Shown here: positions 25,633-38,600 of the stretch, piece by piece
How positions within the stretch are numbered: position 1 is the first letter of the stretch
Layout: each line of letters begins with the position of its first letter
Assembly (NCBI GenBank): GCA_965649765.1
Contig: OZ287758.1
Span: forward strand, 16,678,001-16,742,000
Length of the DNA stretch: 64,000 nucleotides
Source of the DNA: Bispira polyomma
Lineage: Eukaryota
Direction: 5' to 3'
Position numbers and translations under genes: made by a program
Notes under the pieces: generated by a model
Database searches by the model: none
The model's input: the letters and a program-made list of their open reading frames with translations, nothing else
What the model was told of the DNA's origin: nothing

Positions 25633-28600
25633 AATTCATAATTCTTTCCTTTTACTATAATTATATCTGACAGTGTGATGATAAACTAACCATCAATATG
25701 TCGTCAGACAAAGTTCAATGGTTGTTAGTGGTCCCTCTATATTTACATGCAATCCTTACCTAGAATGTCAGAACACCATAATCGATTTAATTTCTAAAAT
25801 CATCTGGATACAAGAGCGGATCGGGCACTGTGGCACCGTGGTGTAGTGAAAACATACTCGCCTCCAAGCTCTGCATTAGTGATGGTTTACAGAGCAGAAA
25901 CACTTGATCAAGTACCCTGCTCTGATTTTCTCCACCGGTGAACTGCCTGCCGTGATATGCCACAAGACATTTTGAAAGCGACATTAACCCCAAACTAGAC
26001 GAAATTTTGGTGGAGGTATGCACTCTACTAGTCACAAATCATGTGACCTTATTTTGGACACTTCGTTGTGACTGACAGTTGAGTACAATGTTGTAATATT
26101 ACCCCTGATGATAAACTGCTATATTAATTATTTCCTTAGACAAAGATGAATGGCTGTCAATGTTCTGCATAGATATATACACAAGGTTGCCTCTGTCATA
26201 AGACAACAAGACAGCACTATGTGTGAAAACATTCAAGTAAATATCTACAGTAAACATGTAAATAGCTTAATGCATTCTCACCTATTTAACAAATTGCTGT
26301 CATAAATACCCATTTGTGAAGGAAGCCAAACCCAATAGGTATTTAGTTTTAAAGTAAACAGTTTAATGCACCCAATGTGTGCGCCTTCTTTTAACAGTTG
26401 TATTAGAGATATGTACTCAAGGAAAGGTGGTATTTATGTGATGTTTGTACGGAAATGAAATATCTGACCTTCAACATACAAAAGCTAAATGATTGGGGAT
26501 TTCTCCAAATTCAAGTAATAAAAGTAATGCAATCATTTGGTTAAAATGTGTTAATGTGGTCTGTTGTTTGTGGTCTCCGTGGCCTAGCGGTTAGAGTGTT
26601 CGACTTTGAATCAGAGGGTCCCAGGTTCGATTCTCGCGGCAAGCCTGGAGATTTGTACCCTTGGACAAGGTGCTTCACACAAGTTGTCCCTCTCCATCCA
26701 GCTGTATAAATGTGTTTCTAGCTGCTTATGGGTAGTCATATGTGACAGCACGGCTATTATGCCATTGCGAGTGAACAATTAGCTAACAAGTACAAGAACC
26801 CAGGCTGGGGGTGTAAACTGTGACCTCCACAGGCTAAACATGACCTAATTAGCATATTATATTGACTCCATGACATGAATTAAACATGAAGGCATCTTTA
26901 ATGTCATAGACAAGTAGAGTTATTTTAATTAAATACATTTTTTATGAGTATAAAATTAATAGAAGGACTACTGATGAATCTGTGTCTCACTCACACACTA
27001 TGCACTAGTAAAATCATAAGACATAGGTATTAAACTGAACCAGATGTAGATGAAAGAGAATAAAATGCTTGTTTTCATAATGTAAATATTCACACCTTAT
27101 AACCATACACATTTTAGTAACAATGCCCCAGTGTGTCTAATAACGCTTGTCTAATGAATCTAATGAATATCTATTGCAGGGGGACAATAGTCCTACCTAT
27201 AGACCTCGTTATGTAGCCCACACTCACCTAACGCAGAAACCCTAGACATTAGATTGAATACTTATACCTTACACAAACACGGGGAAAAATAAGGGCTCAC
27301 AAACAAGACACTTGAAGAACTAATGCATATTTTATAAACCGTGACTATCCATCTGTATGAAGGATAAACACCTCATGTTTACATGATAGAGCCACTGATA
27401 TATGTATTTATTTAATCATGAGGAGAATTACCATATTAAATGGTCACTCCTCTTTTTTAAGCTGGTTTCCATAGGAAGCCAAATGCCAAGTAAATGTGTT
27501 TTCAAGGAGTTGCTGTCTTAATATTTCAAAGGTGCAGCATCTGGTTGTAAAGTGGCTGCTAGAAGACTTACCCCCTTATGGGGAGGTAGTATATCAACAG
27601 ATATAATTTCATTCTACTCACCACACATTTGCAAGTGTCTCTTATTTCCATTAACAACCTTCTGTATCAGATTTTACCCAAGCTTTTATGTCACAAACCA
27701 GAATGTAAAAATAATAATTCCCAAATTATGTTCTAAACAATACCTAAATACAAAAAGTCTTTTTTTCCAAATTCTGTTCTTATAAATCCTTTCTTTCAAT
27801 TGTTTGGTGTAGATATCAGGTAGAGATATTTTTATTTGCCATGGACATGATCTTTTTGTAGAACATTGGAGAGAACATAATATTATCCAGTGACCAACCT
27901 TATAATTTCCCCAATTATTAGCTTACACATGGTAATTACAGTGTTACACCAGTATTTAGTAGTGTAATCTGAAGTGATTTAGCAGCCTACAACTCAGCTA
28001 TGGTGCAGTGTGTAATTAACTGAGTTGATGTCAATTAGACTCTAATCTAGACATAGAACACTCTAATTACTTTCAGCTCCCTAAAATTAACATGTGAGGT
28101 CCAACAAATCTAAACCTTGTAACAGTTATGTTGCAAATCATTTTGAGTGTTTGTAGATAATATAGGGCATCTAACTAGATCTTTTGATGAAATAGTTCTC
28201 CGAGAACAACCATATATTTTACAAATCTTCTTTCAAAGTGTAGATGTGCAATGTCTGTCACAGTGAGTAACACCTATTTTAGGTTATGCATATGATCTGG
28301 GTTTGACTTTAGGGACTGGAACGCCAACTTACAGGCAGATACATAGTAGGTTTGGATGGCCACTTAAAATGGTAGTCCTCTGTCATTGTATTCTATCCTC
28401 AAATGGCAAACTAAAGACCTTTAGATATTTAGATAAATTGTCATCTTGACACCTCTGTATTCTGTTGGTAGCATGTTCCACTTGGGGTTATGACTTTTGA
28501 CTCTTACAGGAGTTTTGCTGGGTTGTACCTCAAGAACCGGTTGGTACACAGTGTTCGAATGTGATATAAATAAACCCTCCAATATTCTTGCTTTGACCAT

Positions 28601-30807
28601 ATAATTACTAACTTTATAATATGCCCTCAGCACATATTTTTGGTGGATTTCAATAAATTTAACCTCAGTTAAACCTTTGACCTGAAATTATGTGAAAATA
28701 CACGACAATTGGGAGTAGCACTTCTGATAGACACATTTACAAAGCAACCGCATTGCAACTTTTGTCACATTATTTAACAACAGCTACAATATCTTATTTA
28801 GCTATATCGAAAATACCAATAGTAAATGCAAAATCAGATTGTCTTTTATGTATAGGATAGTTATTTTAGGAGAGTAATTGACATTTCAGTTGTCATTAAG
28901 CAGTTGTCGATTTTATTGAGAAAGCAATATAGCTATCCCAATGACTTTTACAGCTAGAACAGACAACATGCAAGACAATCAGATTGTTTTACTTATGTAC
29001 TTGTCTCACAATGAAAAAAGTCAACCTAATCTCCATTTCTCCTGACAAATAAGAACATTCAATATTTACACTGTACTGCATAGCTTCCTAGAGCTAGGTG
29101 GTGTAGTGTGTGTGCATCTAAACCAATGTCTGGCATAGAGTCTCTTACATTTGTGGCAGGGGAAATAAGAGAACAGCTAAATAGCAGCAGGGTAACTCAG
29201 TAAATGAATATGTACATTACATGTATCCAGATGTAAAGGAGAAGTAGTCATTGGTAGAACTCCGAGATCATTTATTCTCTGACCAACTCAGACTTTACTT
29301 CTGCTGATAATAGACATCTCTTGGATTAATCACATTGAAATACATTCAAATTTAACCACCTGTATTTAGTATTTAAAGTGCTAATGAGCCTATTTGACTT
29401 CCCAAGTACAGCCAACCAGCACCACTAACTGTCATTGCCCTAACTAAATACAGAGGCTAGTGGGGATGATACCAGTTATCAAAGTCCCCAGGGTTCTTTA
29501 ACCTGTCTATAGTGATAGGACTGACATTTTAAGAGGTCGCCTGTCGATAGCTGGGGGCCCCCTAATGAATATTTGTACCAAATGGGAGCTTCCTCTGGAC
29601 GGTTTCTTAGATCTAGCTTGGTAGATGCCACCTAGGCGCCCATTCAGACAATCCGGGTGAAAACAGTAGCCCACAACCTATATTTAGACTATGGGGTAAA
29701 AAAACAACAGCACATATTTGTGAAACCCAGTCCAAGATACTAGAGTGAAGGGTTATGGACAATAATTACACAACCCAAAAATACATATAAAAAGGCTCGA
29801 ATGTGGTAAGTGGCGTGTGGTTACAGCCGTAACCAGACAGGCCTGTGAAGTCAATTAGTGAGTGATGCATCACCCCTCAACCAGCTACCACGATTATAAT
29901 GGAGCAAATCCCCAAAGTCCTTAATGTCATTAAACACACATTCACATCCATAATTAAACACGCTAAATGGCCAGTTGGGGTCCAATCCTCTTTAATACGG
30001 AATACAAAATATATATATATATGGAGAGACCATATGTGCCGAGTGACAGGATGAGTGAAAGCTGCTTCAGAAGAGCTTATTATTGTCCTAAGTGGCTGAC
30101 ACCAGCTGTAAGAGGGCCCTACACTGAGTTATGGTACATGTCCAGCAGTATGAATTAGTTATACTAAGCCAGACAGCTGTGTACAAAGGAAGGTCAGAAG
30201 TACAGCCACATATATGAAGGAAGAACACCCGAAAAATTATTAAAAAAAAATATGGTATGCATAAAACTATTCTTGAATACTTAAGTTTTAAATGTTTGCA
30301 TCATTGCTTGTGCAATACGCTTTTTGCTATATTAAGATATAAAAATTGTCCCTTCGTTATAATAATCTCCCAATAACAGTATTTATAAAGTACTGACTAA
30401 CCTTTTCTTGTCTGCCAACAGCCAACCAGCATCAGTTAACTAGCATTCCTCTTAATTAAGATAGAAACGTAAGGATGACCCTTTGCCAACGTCCCCAATG
30501 GTATTTAACCTTTCACTAGGACAAAACCTCATGACAGAGGACCACTAATTTAGAGCCTGTACTCGATTGTCCCAGCCTAGCCCCAGACTGGGATCAAAGC
30601 CAGATCATCGGCGCTCCAAAACAAGAGTGCTATCTAATAGGCCACAGTATAGCATCAGAAGTATACATTAAGTAGACAAAAACACCTGTACTCGTTACCC
30701 TTTGATTAGTCTGGTCTCAACCTCGCTTTCAGCACGTTGTGTGTCATGGTAGCAGAGATGGGGGCGAGTGTGTTACGGCACCACAGAGGCCCCTCTCTAC
30801 TATTTGT

Positions 30808-31163
30808 GTAAAGGGTTCATTCTTTTGGAAGAATATAAAGTTATTAGGACATTCTTTCAAAAAGTGGACTATCTTTGGTGTTTGATATGTTGAAAAGTAT
30901 ATTGAGTTAATATTTTACTGAAATACATATACAACTTATGATAAAAATTAGGCACAGAACAATGATCTCAAAATTGCATATTTGTATTATTACCCTGCTT
31001 TGTCTTGTACATTTTATATATATATAAACTAATCATATAGTGATAGGAAACTAAATTATAAAGTGTATATATATATGAAATACAATATGATTAATATTTC
31101 AAAAACATCAAGGTTAGCAGATTCAAATGTGTATTTATGAAGTTACAGAATGTACTTCTTTAA
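30808..31163. mobile_element. Kolobok-like dispersed MITE (related copy ~23465-23806)
   Basis: taaaggg...ctttaa ends. The right part (taaactaatc...ggaaact...ataaagtgta...attaatat.tcaaaa...agattca...aagttaca) is shared with 23665-23806. Confidence 0.45.
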
Positions 31164-32588
31164 ATTTTAATGTTTCCCTTTTTCGTGCAGAATTTCTTCT
31201 CCCTGACAAACTGGCTACTTTCTACATACACTATATAGTGTGGGAAAAATCGGCTTCAAGTGACAGTTGACATGGCCACTTACTGAATGTGTAATGACTA
31301 TTAATAAAGGAAGACACGGCTAGCTCCTCTCAGCTATATATCAAGTCTAGCTGTGTGCTGAAGGGAAGGAGAGTTATGTGTGTCTGTGTGTTTAAAGGTT
31401 CCCAGTGGAACACTCAATATACAGGCAACACATTGTGTTCAGAGCTCCCAGCATTATAGGCTGTGGGATGAAATGGTGTTGTGTGGTGATAATTAGTTTA
31501 GACTGACTAATTGATAAAAAATAGTTATTGTTTATTGTGAAATATACTTACATAGACAGTCTAGGGGTTTATTTTTATATCAACATTTTTTTAAACATCT
31601 AATCAACAATAAATTAGACATACAATGTCTACATCAAATAAATGAATGTCTTTGGAAGTTAGTAAATATTTAATGAAATACATGGCTGAGAGATTAATAA
31701 AGCATCCTTAGCTCATATCCTACAGTGGGGGAATTTATTACATTCGGATTTGTCAACACTAACTGCTTTGTGAGGGATTATAGTCAGCTGGAGTAACCGT
31801 GGACATTTTGTTATGATCTTTAAACATTTTGTTCCAGGAATTGGATATCTTGTGGATATATAAATATAGATACAACGTCTTGTCTCATGGGGAATCAACA
31901 TAACTATGACCATACATGTATTAGTGATTTTGTTCATGTGAAGAAGGGTTTTCAACATGTGACTGTGACATGTTAAAAATGTTGACTTATAGCAGAGAAT
32001 ACTAATAGTATTGTATACAGTTTAAAATCCATGGAATAGATGTTAATTATAAAGAGTTGAGATACACAAGTGACAGATGTTTCTTTATAATGGTAGTTAC
32101 TGGACTAAAGACTAATAGTGACTCACCCAATGTGTGTTCTTGTCTTATACTGATTCTATTTGGCACAGGTATATATTACATTAGGTCACATGGTTATTTT
32201 AGATTATTTATACAAAGTAATACTTCTGCTCTGTTTTGTTTTTGAATACATCAAATGAACTTTCAGATACAAAGTAGTAAATGCAACATAACATGTCAAA
32301 GATAAAATAAAGTTAATTGTGCAATGGGATGTAATGACTGGAACAGGATGCATTATGGTGACATATCTCCATCACAAAGTCTGTTTGTGTTAGGATAGAA
32401 TTATATATATATATGTATATAGCACATTAATCCTAGGTGTTTATGGTACAAACCAATATAAAAAAGGTAATGACAAAATATATAACAGTGACTCTCCTTT
32501 GTGTTTCAGAATTAAAAATTGGAAACCAAAAGTAAAAAGTGAGACATTGTCTTTTATACTATGGTGTAATGACCAGTCCTGTGTAACC

Positions 32589-32682
32589 ATGGTGATTAGA
32601 GACAGGTCAGAGGGCCTCAAGGTCGGGGTGGGTGGGACCAGGACCTACCAGTTATACCTATTGATTACACTCGTCTTTGTAG
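32589..32682 (+). CDS. Coding exon 1 of channel-less iGluR ligand-binding-domain protein (start codon and first part of signal sequence)
   Basis: Acceptor ctttgtgtttcag ends at 32509. ATG at 32589 is in strong context (accATGg). Translates MVIRDRSEGLKVGVGGTRTYQLYLLITLVFV-G. Consensus donor G|gtaagt at 32683 is phase 1 and joins the 43801 exon in frame, giving one continuous hydrophobic segment. Confidence 0.75.
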
Positions 32683-34869
32683 GTAAGTAACTCTTTGTAA
32701 TCATGTTTTCTTATATGACATTTACTACAAAATATGACTTTGCTGACCTTTTCAGGAACAGAAAACTTTTCAAAGCAATTAATTGCCAAGTTGATTTCTA
32801 TATTCTATTGTGGCGTAGTGGGTAATATACTTGCTTAGGAATGACCAGAGGACCTGGGTTCTCTCAGCCTTGGGTATATAGACACAGTCAGATACATAAT
32901 GGCCTGGATGACAACTTAATATGGCGATCCTCTGTCAAAGGGTCCTGTCACCAATGACAGGCAACTTTAGAACCTTTGAGGATGTTGATAAATGGTCATC
33001 CTGAAGACTCTCTGAACTCTCTCAGAATTTATATCCCAGTATCTATCAATTAAAAAGGAGTGATTAAATAGCTGACATGTAAATATTTAACCAAATCTCA
33101 CAGAAGCGAGGGTATCACCTTTGATGGGTTGCCTATTTAGATAGTAATTACCTCCACCCAGAGTATTGTGTTTTGGACGGTCATTTCTTGCTCTCAGACA
33201 AAGACTACTGAATCAATTTACATGATATTTGGAGGAAATGGACTAAATAAATAATACATAAGATTTTGTAGCAGATCTGGCTAGAAGGGGGGTCGGGGCT
33301 TGAGGAGACTTCTTCCTCTGTTACATATTACCAGACAAGTCAGTAGCTATAACATCAACACATAGATCCAATGACACAGTTCTGTTACCAGCCATGTTAA
33401 ATTGCTGTCTTTATGGCTGTTTTTCTCCACTTGAGGAGTAGTTTATAGTAATCTTAGCTTTGATTACCAGATTCACCTTTCTCGTAGCTATTGTGAATGC
33501 TTATCAACAACAGTCACTATTGTACAGTCTTTATTGTCGGTTTGTTACTCAAAACCAGCAATACATTAGCAATATAGTGTAATACTGAGCTAGAATTTCG
33601 CTTTCTATCATAACATTATTCCGAGGTTTTAATTACACACACTTTGCATTCCTCCCACAATCTGCACCACACTAGAGCATTGATTTCCTGCCAATTCGAG
33701 GCAACACCTGACGACATTTTTTGTTAAGTCTGAAATACATGAAATAACTCGAATTTTAAAATTCTAATCCTGTTTTAACCCATTCATCAATAGGTCAGTC
33801 GATAAAGCTATCTGCACATGAAAGGCTTGCATTACTATTGACATATTTACAGTTTTTGTAATGGCTTTTTGTTGATGTATTTATTTTATCCTGTGTAGTA
33901 AATGAGTTTGTTTTACATAAACATGTAGCTTGTCATGAACGCGAGACAGGAATTCTAGAAGTTGAGGGTGTGTGCACTTGATTTCCAGTGCAGTAAATAA
34001 AAATAACACTTTATGTCTCACTTGGAACTAAAAGGTTTCCATTGACATGTGCTATTTTGTAACTACCAGCATGCCATGAACATGTTAGGCGCAGTTTTCG
34101 TTTAGTTTCCGGTTCACTTCACTTTTCAGTGTGGCCAAGCAGAGGACCCAGGTTTCGTCCCATTCTGGGGTTTCTCCCTACAGGCAGATACATGATGGTC
34201 TGATCACCACTTAGTCCTCTTGTCATTAGGTCATATCCCTATCGGCAAACTAAAGAATATTGTGGAACTGTTGATAAATGGTGTCATCTTCAAGCCTTGT
34301 CGTTAGGGGAATGTCACTTGTGGTATTGAATGGTTGTACTTGTACAGTCATGAAAAAGTACATTATTGAATACCTTGAAAGCAGGGACATACTGCACTGA
34401 AGATTAATATGGAAACAAATATGAATACAAAATTGTACAACTTAAACACATGTCTTCACATATAAGTACATAATGTTTTGGTGCCAGTACCAAACCAAAA
34501 TGATTGTTGCTCTTTTCTTGTGTTGGATCCAAGCCTATTTTGTTTGGTGTGTTAATGGGTAAAAGTTAATATTTCTATTGTTCTTTTAACCACCTCTTAA
34601 ACTTATAAACAAACGTATTCTATTCTCAGCTGTATTTATCCATTATTGAAAGCTAGTTGCCAGTATTTACAGTAAAGAGCTAGCTTTAAACATGATCCAA
34701 GCTGAAATAAATTAGCAAAGGTGTAGTTTTTCATGTTCCTTTCATGCCTCATCGCCATTTGATTACCTTTAAATATAGAACAAACTGTTCTGAGTCATCA
34801 AAGAACATTTTTTTTAAATTTTCAGTTTTAGATTGTAGGTTCTTTTTGTTAAGGTTGTGTATCTACACG

Positions 34870-35623
34870 CAATTGTGTTATAAAAGTGGTCTTTATAAAG
34901 AAGTGATCTAGTACAAGGTGGTACCTCTCACACAATTGTGTTATAAAAGTGGTCTTTATAAAGAGGTGATCTAGTACAAGGTGGTATCTCCCACACAATT
35001 GTGTTATAAAAGTGATCTTTGTAAAGAGGTGATCTAGTACAAGGTGGTATCTCTCACACAATTGTTATAAAAGTGGTCTTTATAAAGAGGTGATCTAGTA
35101 CAAGGTGGTATCTCCCACACAATTTTGTTATAAAAGTGGTCTTTATAAAGAGGTGATCTAGTACAAGATGGTATCTCTCACACAATTGTGTTATAAAAGT
35201 GGTCTTTATAAAGAAGTGATCTCGTACAAGGTGGTATCTCTCACACAATTTTGTTATAAAAGTGGTCTTTATGAAGAGGTGATCTAGTACAAGGTGGTAT
35301 CTCCCACACAATTGTGTTATAAAAGTGGTCTTTATGAAGAGGTGATCTAGTACAAGGTGGTATCTCCCACACAATTGTGTTATAAAAGTGGTCTTTATGA
35401 AGAGGTGATCTAGTACAAGGTGGTATCTCCCACACAATTGTGTTATAAAAGTGATCTTTGTAAAGAGGTGATCTCGTACAAGGTGGTATCTCCCACACAA
35501 TTGTGTTATAAAAGTGATCTTTGTAAAGAGGTGATCTAGTACAAGGTGGTATCTCTCACGCAATTGTTATAAAAGTGGTCTTTTTAAAGAGGTGATCTAG
35601 TACAAGCTGATATCTCTCACACA
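34870..35623. repeat. 63-bp minisatellite, ~12 near-identical units (intron 1)
   Basis: Unit caattgtgttataaaagtggtctttataaagaggtgatctagtacaaggtggtatctc(t/c)caca. It explains the repetitive ORFs at 34849-35563. Confidence 0.97.
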
Positions 35624-38600
35624 CTTTTGAATGTATAGAAGAACCTCCATTATCCAAACCTGTTGACAAATGTATTTGGATAATAGATAAAAGTTTTGAA
35701 TATAGAGATTCACAGTATAAAAAGTAGCAAATGTAATTTTTGGAGATTTAAAGTAAACTGGATTATCTATTTTTTAGATAACAGAAGTCCGAGTGTTAGA
35801 CGTTATATTATATGTTAATTTAATCAACTTTAATTAGAACAGTAAAACCTTTTTGATTCTGGAAGATGACTGTTCTGACTTGTCCCAGACAGCGCTTGAA
35901 GTGATATATTTCCTCAAGGATTAGCCTCAAGCCTCAGTTGATCAAAGGGGTTAATTAATATTTCACTTTGCTTTTGCAGCTTGTTACAAAAATCAGGGCC
36001 TTAGAGCGACAGTGTGGTTGTTTATGAGTTTTATGAAACCCCTAAAACAGTCTATAATTCTTACTTTTATTGTCTTATAAGGAGCCTGTCTAATTCTGAG
36101 GGATCTTCTACATTAAATAGCCCACTGGATATTTCATCTGCAAGAGAAGTGATTCTTAAGGCCTCCAGGAAGAAAAATGTGTGCATGTGCCAATATTTAA
36201 CATCCAACAAATTTATGATTTTACAGTTCCTTGATATGTTAATAGCTTTTACACGGTAACACATATTTTTAAATCTAATTTACTCAGCAATTACAACCAT
36301 GCAATTCTATGTTTGTAACTTAAGGGTAGTACAATAGGTCCCCCAGCCATACACATACAGCCAGTATTAACCCATTCAACCACAATCAGAACTCGGTAAG
36401 ATGGGGGATTTCCTGTTATTGTCCAATCTATATAAATGTGTCAGAGGCCTTGACGTGGAGACGTTTCAGTAATGAATAAAAAGCTCAAGTGGTATGAGTT
36501 AAATTATTTGGTCAGATTAAAGTTTTAACCATATGGTCGTAAACATGGCCATAGATTTTTTATGGGTTAACACACTTATTGCATAGATTATGGCAATACA
36601 AACTATCAAATAGAATGTAATCACAATTTAAAAAAGGAAATCTTCACTAGAGAATGAAAATCGAATGTGATATTTGGGTGGGACATTTTGGCATCACTGG
36701 AACTTGTTGGTTTGTTTATACATCAATGAAGCATTGTGTTTTATCAATGGTTTACTGTCTCATCTGTGTCTAAAACATATTTAGTCAATAGAACCCCACT
36801 GAATGATGAAAACATACAATACACAGATTATAATCCATAACAATACCCATTCAATTAGCATGAACAAAATTAATTAGAAAATATGCACTGTGTTGTAAAT
36901 GTAAACACATTTGGTTCCAATTTTCAATATCCCCTGATAAAAACTTTCATGTCACATTGTAAACACAAAAACTAAAGGTTACAAGAACCAAAAAGACATA
37001 AATAAAACGTACAAAATACATTTTAAAATGATCGAAGTATTTGATAAAATATGCCCTAATGGTAATACTATATATTTTACAGGTGTAACATTTTGTGGGG
37101 AATGGAGAAATCGGAAGAGGGAAGGGGTGTTCTTCACAGGTTTTAATAATAATAATAACTATTATTATTCACTTGATATAGTGCAGTTATGAACATTACT
37201 GTTATCTAATGAGCTATGACATTATTACCTCAACCAGTTTTTCGTCCCTCAGAAAGCATACTAGCCGTGCTGTCACATATGGCACACAAAGACTAACACC
37301 CAAAAGCGGCCAGGTACCTATGTATACACCTGTGCAGAGAGGGACAACTTTGTGTGAAGTACCTTGTACAAGGGTACAATCACCAGGCCGGTAGCGAGGA
37401 TAGAAGTGGGACCCTCAGATCTTTCAGATTCAATGTCTAACACTCTAACTGCTAGACCACTGAGACCACACATAATAACTCTTGGGAAGTAATTGGGGTG
37501 GTTTCTGGTTAAAAGTATTGGGTGGTTGGTCTTCACAGGTTCAAAATACTGTGAATTGTGGTTTTAAAACTGGTTGCTCTAGACAGGTGGTTGCTCTTTG
37601 CAGGTGGTTGCATGAGCAGTTTAGACTATATTAACACACATATAATGTATTAACCTCTTCTTTATATGTTAATACACATCCATTTGGACTATTTTAGAGA
37701 TGCTTAAACCTCTTCTGGGTTGTTGACTAGTACTGAGTACTTTCCATATCTGTTTGTGGTGTTGTTCTCTGGTAAAACTGTGCCACAGGATGCTGCCAGA
37801 ATCCATATATTTTAACATACTGGGCTGGTGTTAAAAGAAACTTATTCTTTACCTTTTGCTTTAAGAAATTTGATTGGCTGGTCAAATTGTTTAAAGCAAC
37901 CTGATTGGCTGAAACTTAGAACATTCTAAAAATGGCAGTGTTAGAATGTTTCTGAATATCGCCCTAGAAATACATTGTCACAATACGTTAAGCAACGCTA
38001 CCAGAATCCATACAAAATTTAATTCTTTCTCTGTATTCAAGGCATTGCCTATAGTACATAACTACAGTAACTTCAACCAGTCTAAGTCTGTCACAGGATA
38101 GGAGTCTGTGTCTAAAATCAAAGTAAACCTGTCATACTCCTCTCATAAGACATCATTAATGGCTCCAGGGTGACTGCTCAGCATCATGTGAGCATTGATA
38201 CAGATTGGGACATGAATCAAACTTACATAGCAGGACTCTATTGAGAGTGAAGAAATCTCAGTCTGAGATGTAATATATCAAGTGGGCTATTGTTAGGACT
38301 CTCAGCATGACTGGCATGACATGCCTCACCAAAGATTAATTACTTTCCAGAGTGATATTTAAATTGAAGAATGCACATATAAATAGATAGAAGTCAGCTG
38401 AATAAAGCAGCCTTAAAGTTCAGTGACTAGTTTCTTAAAGCAACTTACTTTATTGGATAGGTCAAACAAGTTGGAAATAAACTTCTACAACCAACAATTG
38501 TTTTACAACATTTTTTATTTAAATCAATACCATTTCTATTGATATCTTTAAGTACAAACCATATTTGCTATTACTACAATATAACTTCTAGTAATCAAAC

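Noticed and set aside
26571-26645. tRNA gene (also 21485 and 49741 heads)
   Set aside because: A and B boxes are present, but the sequence continues into a shared SINE body and I see no paired acceptor stem.
34849-35563. Repetitive ORFs (169, 85 and 70 aa) on the minus strand
   Set aside because: Products of a 63-bp (3n) minisatellite with no splice context or recognisable domain.
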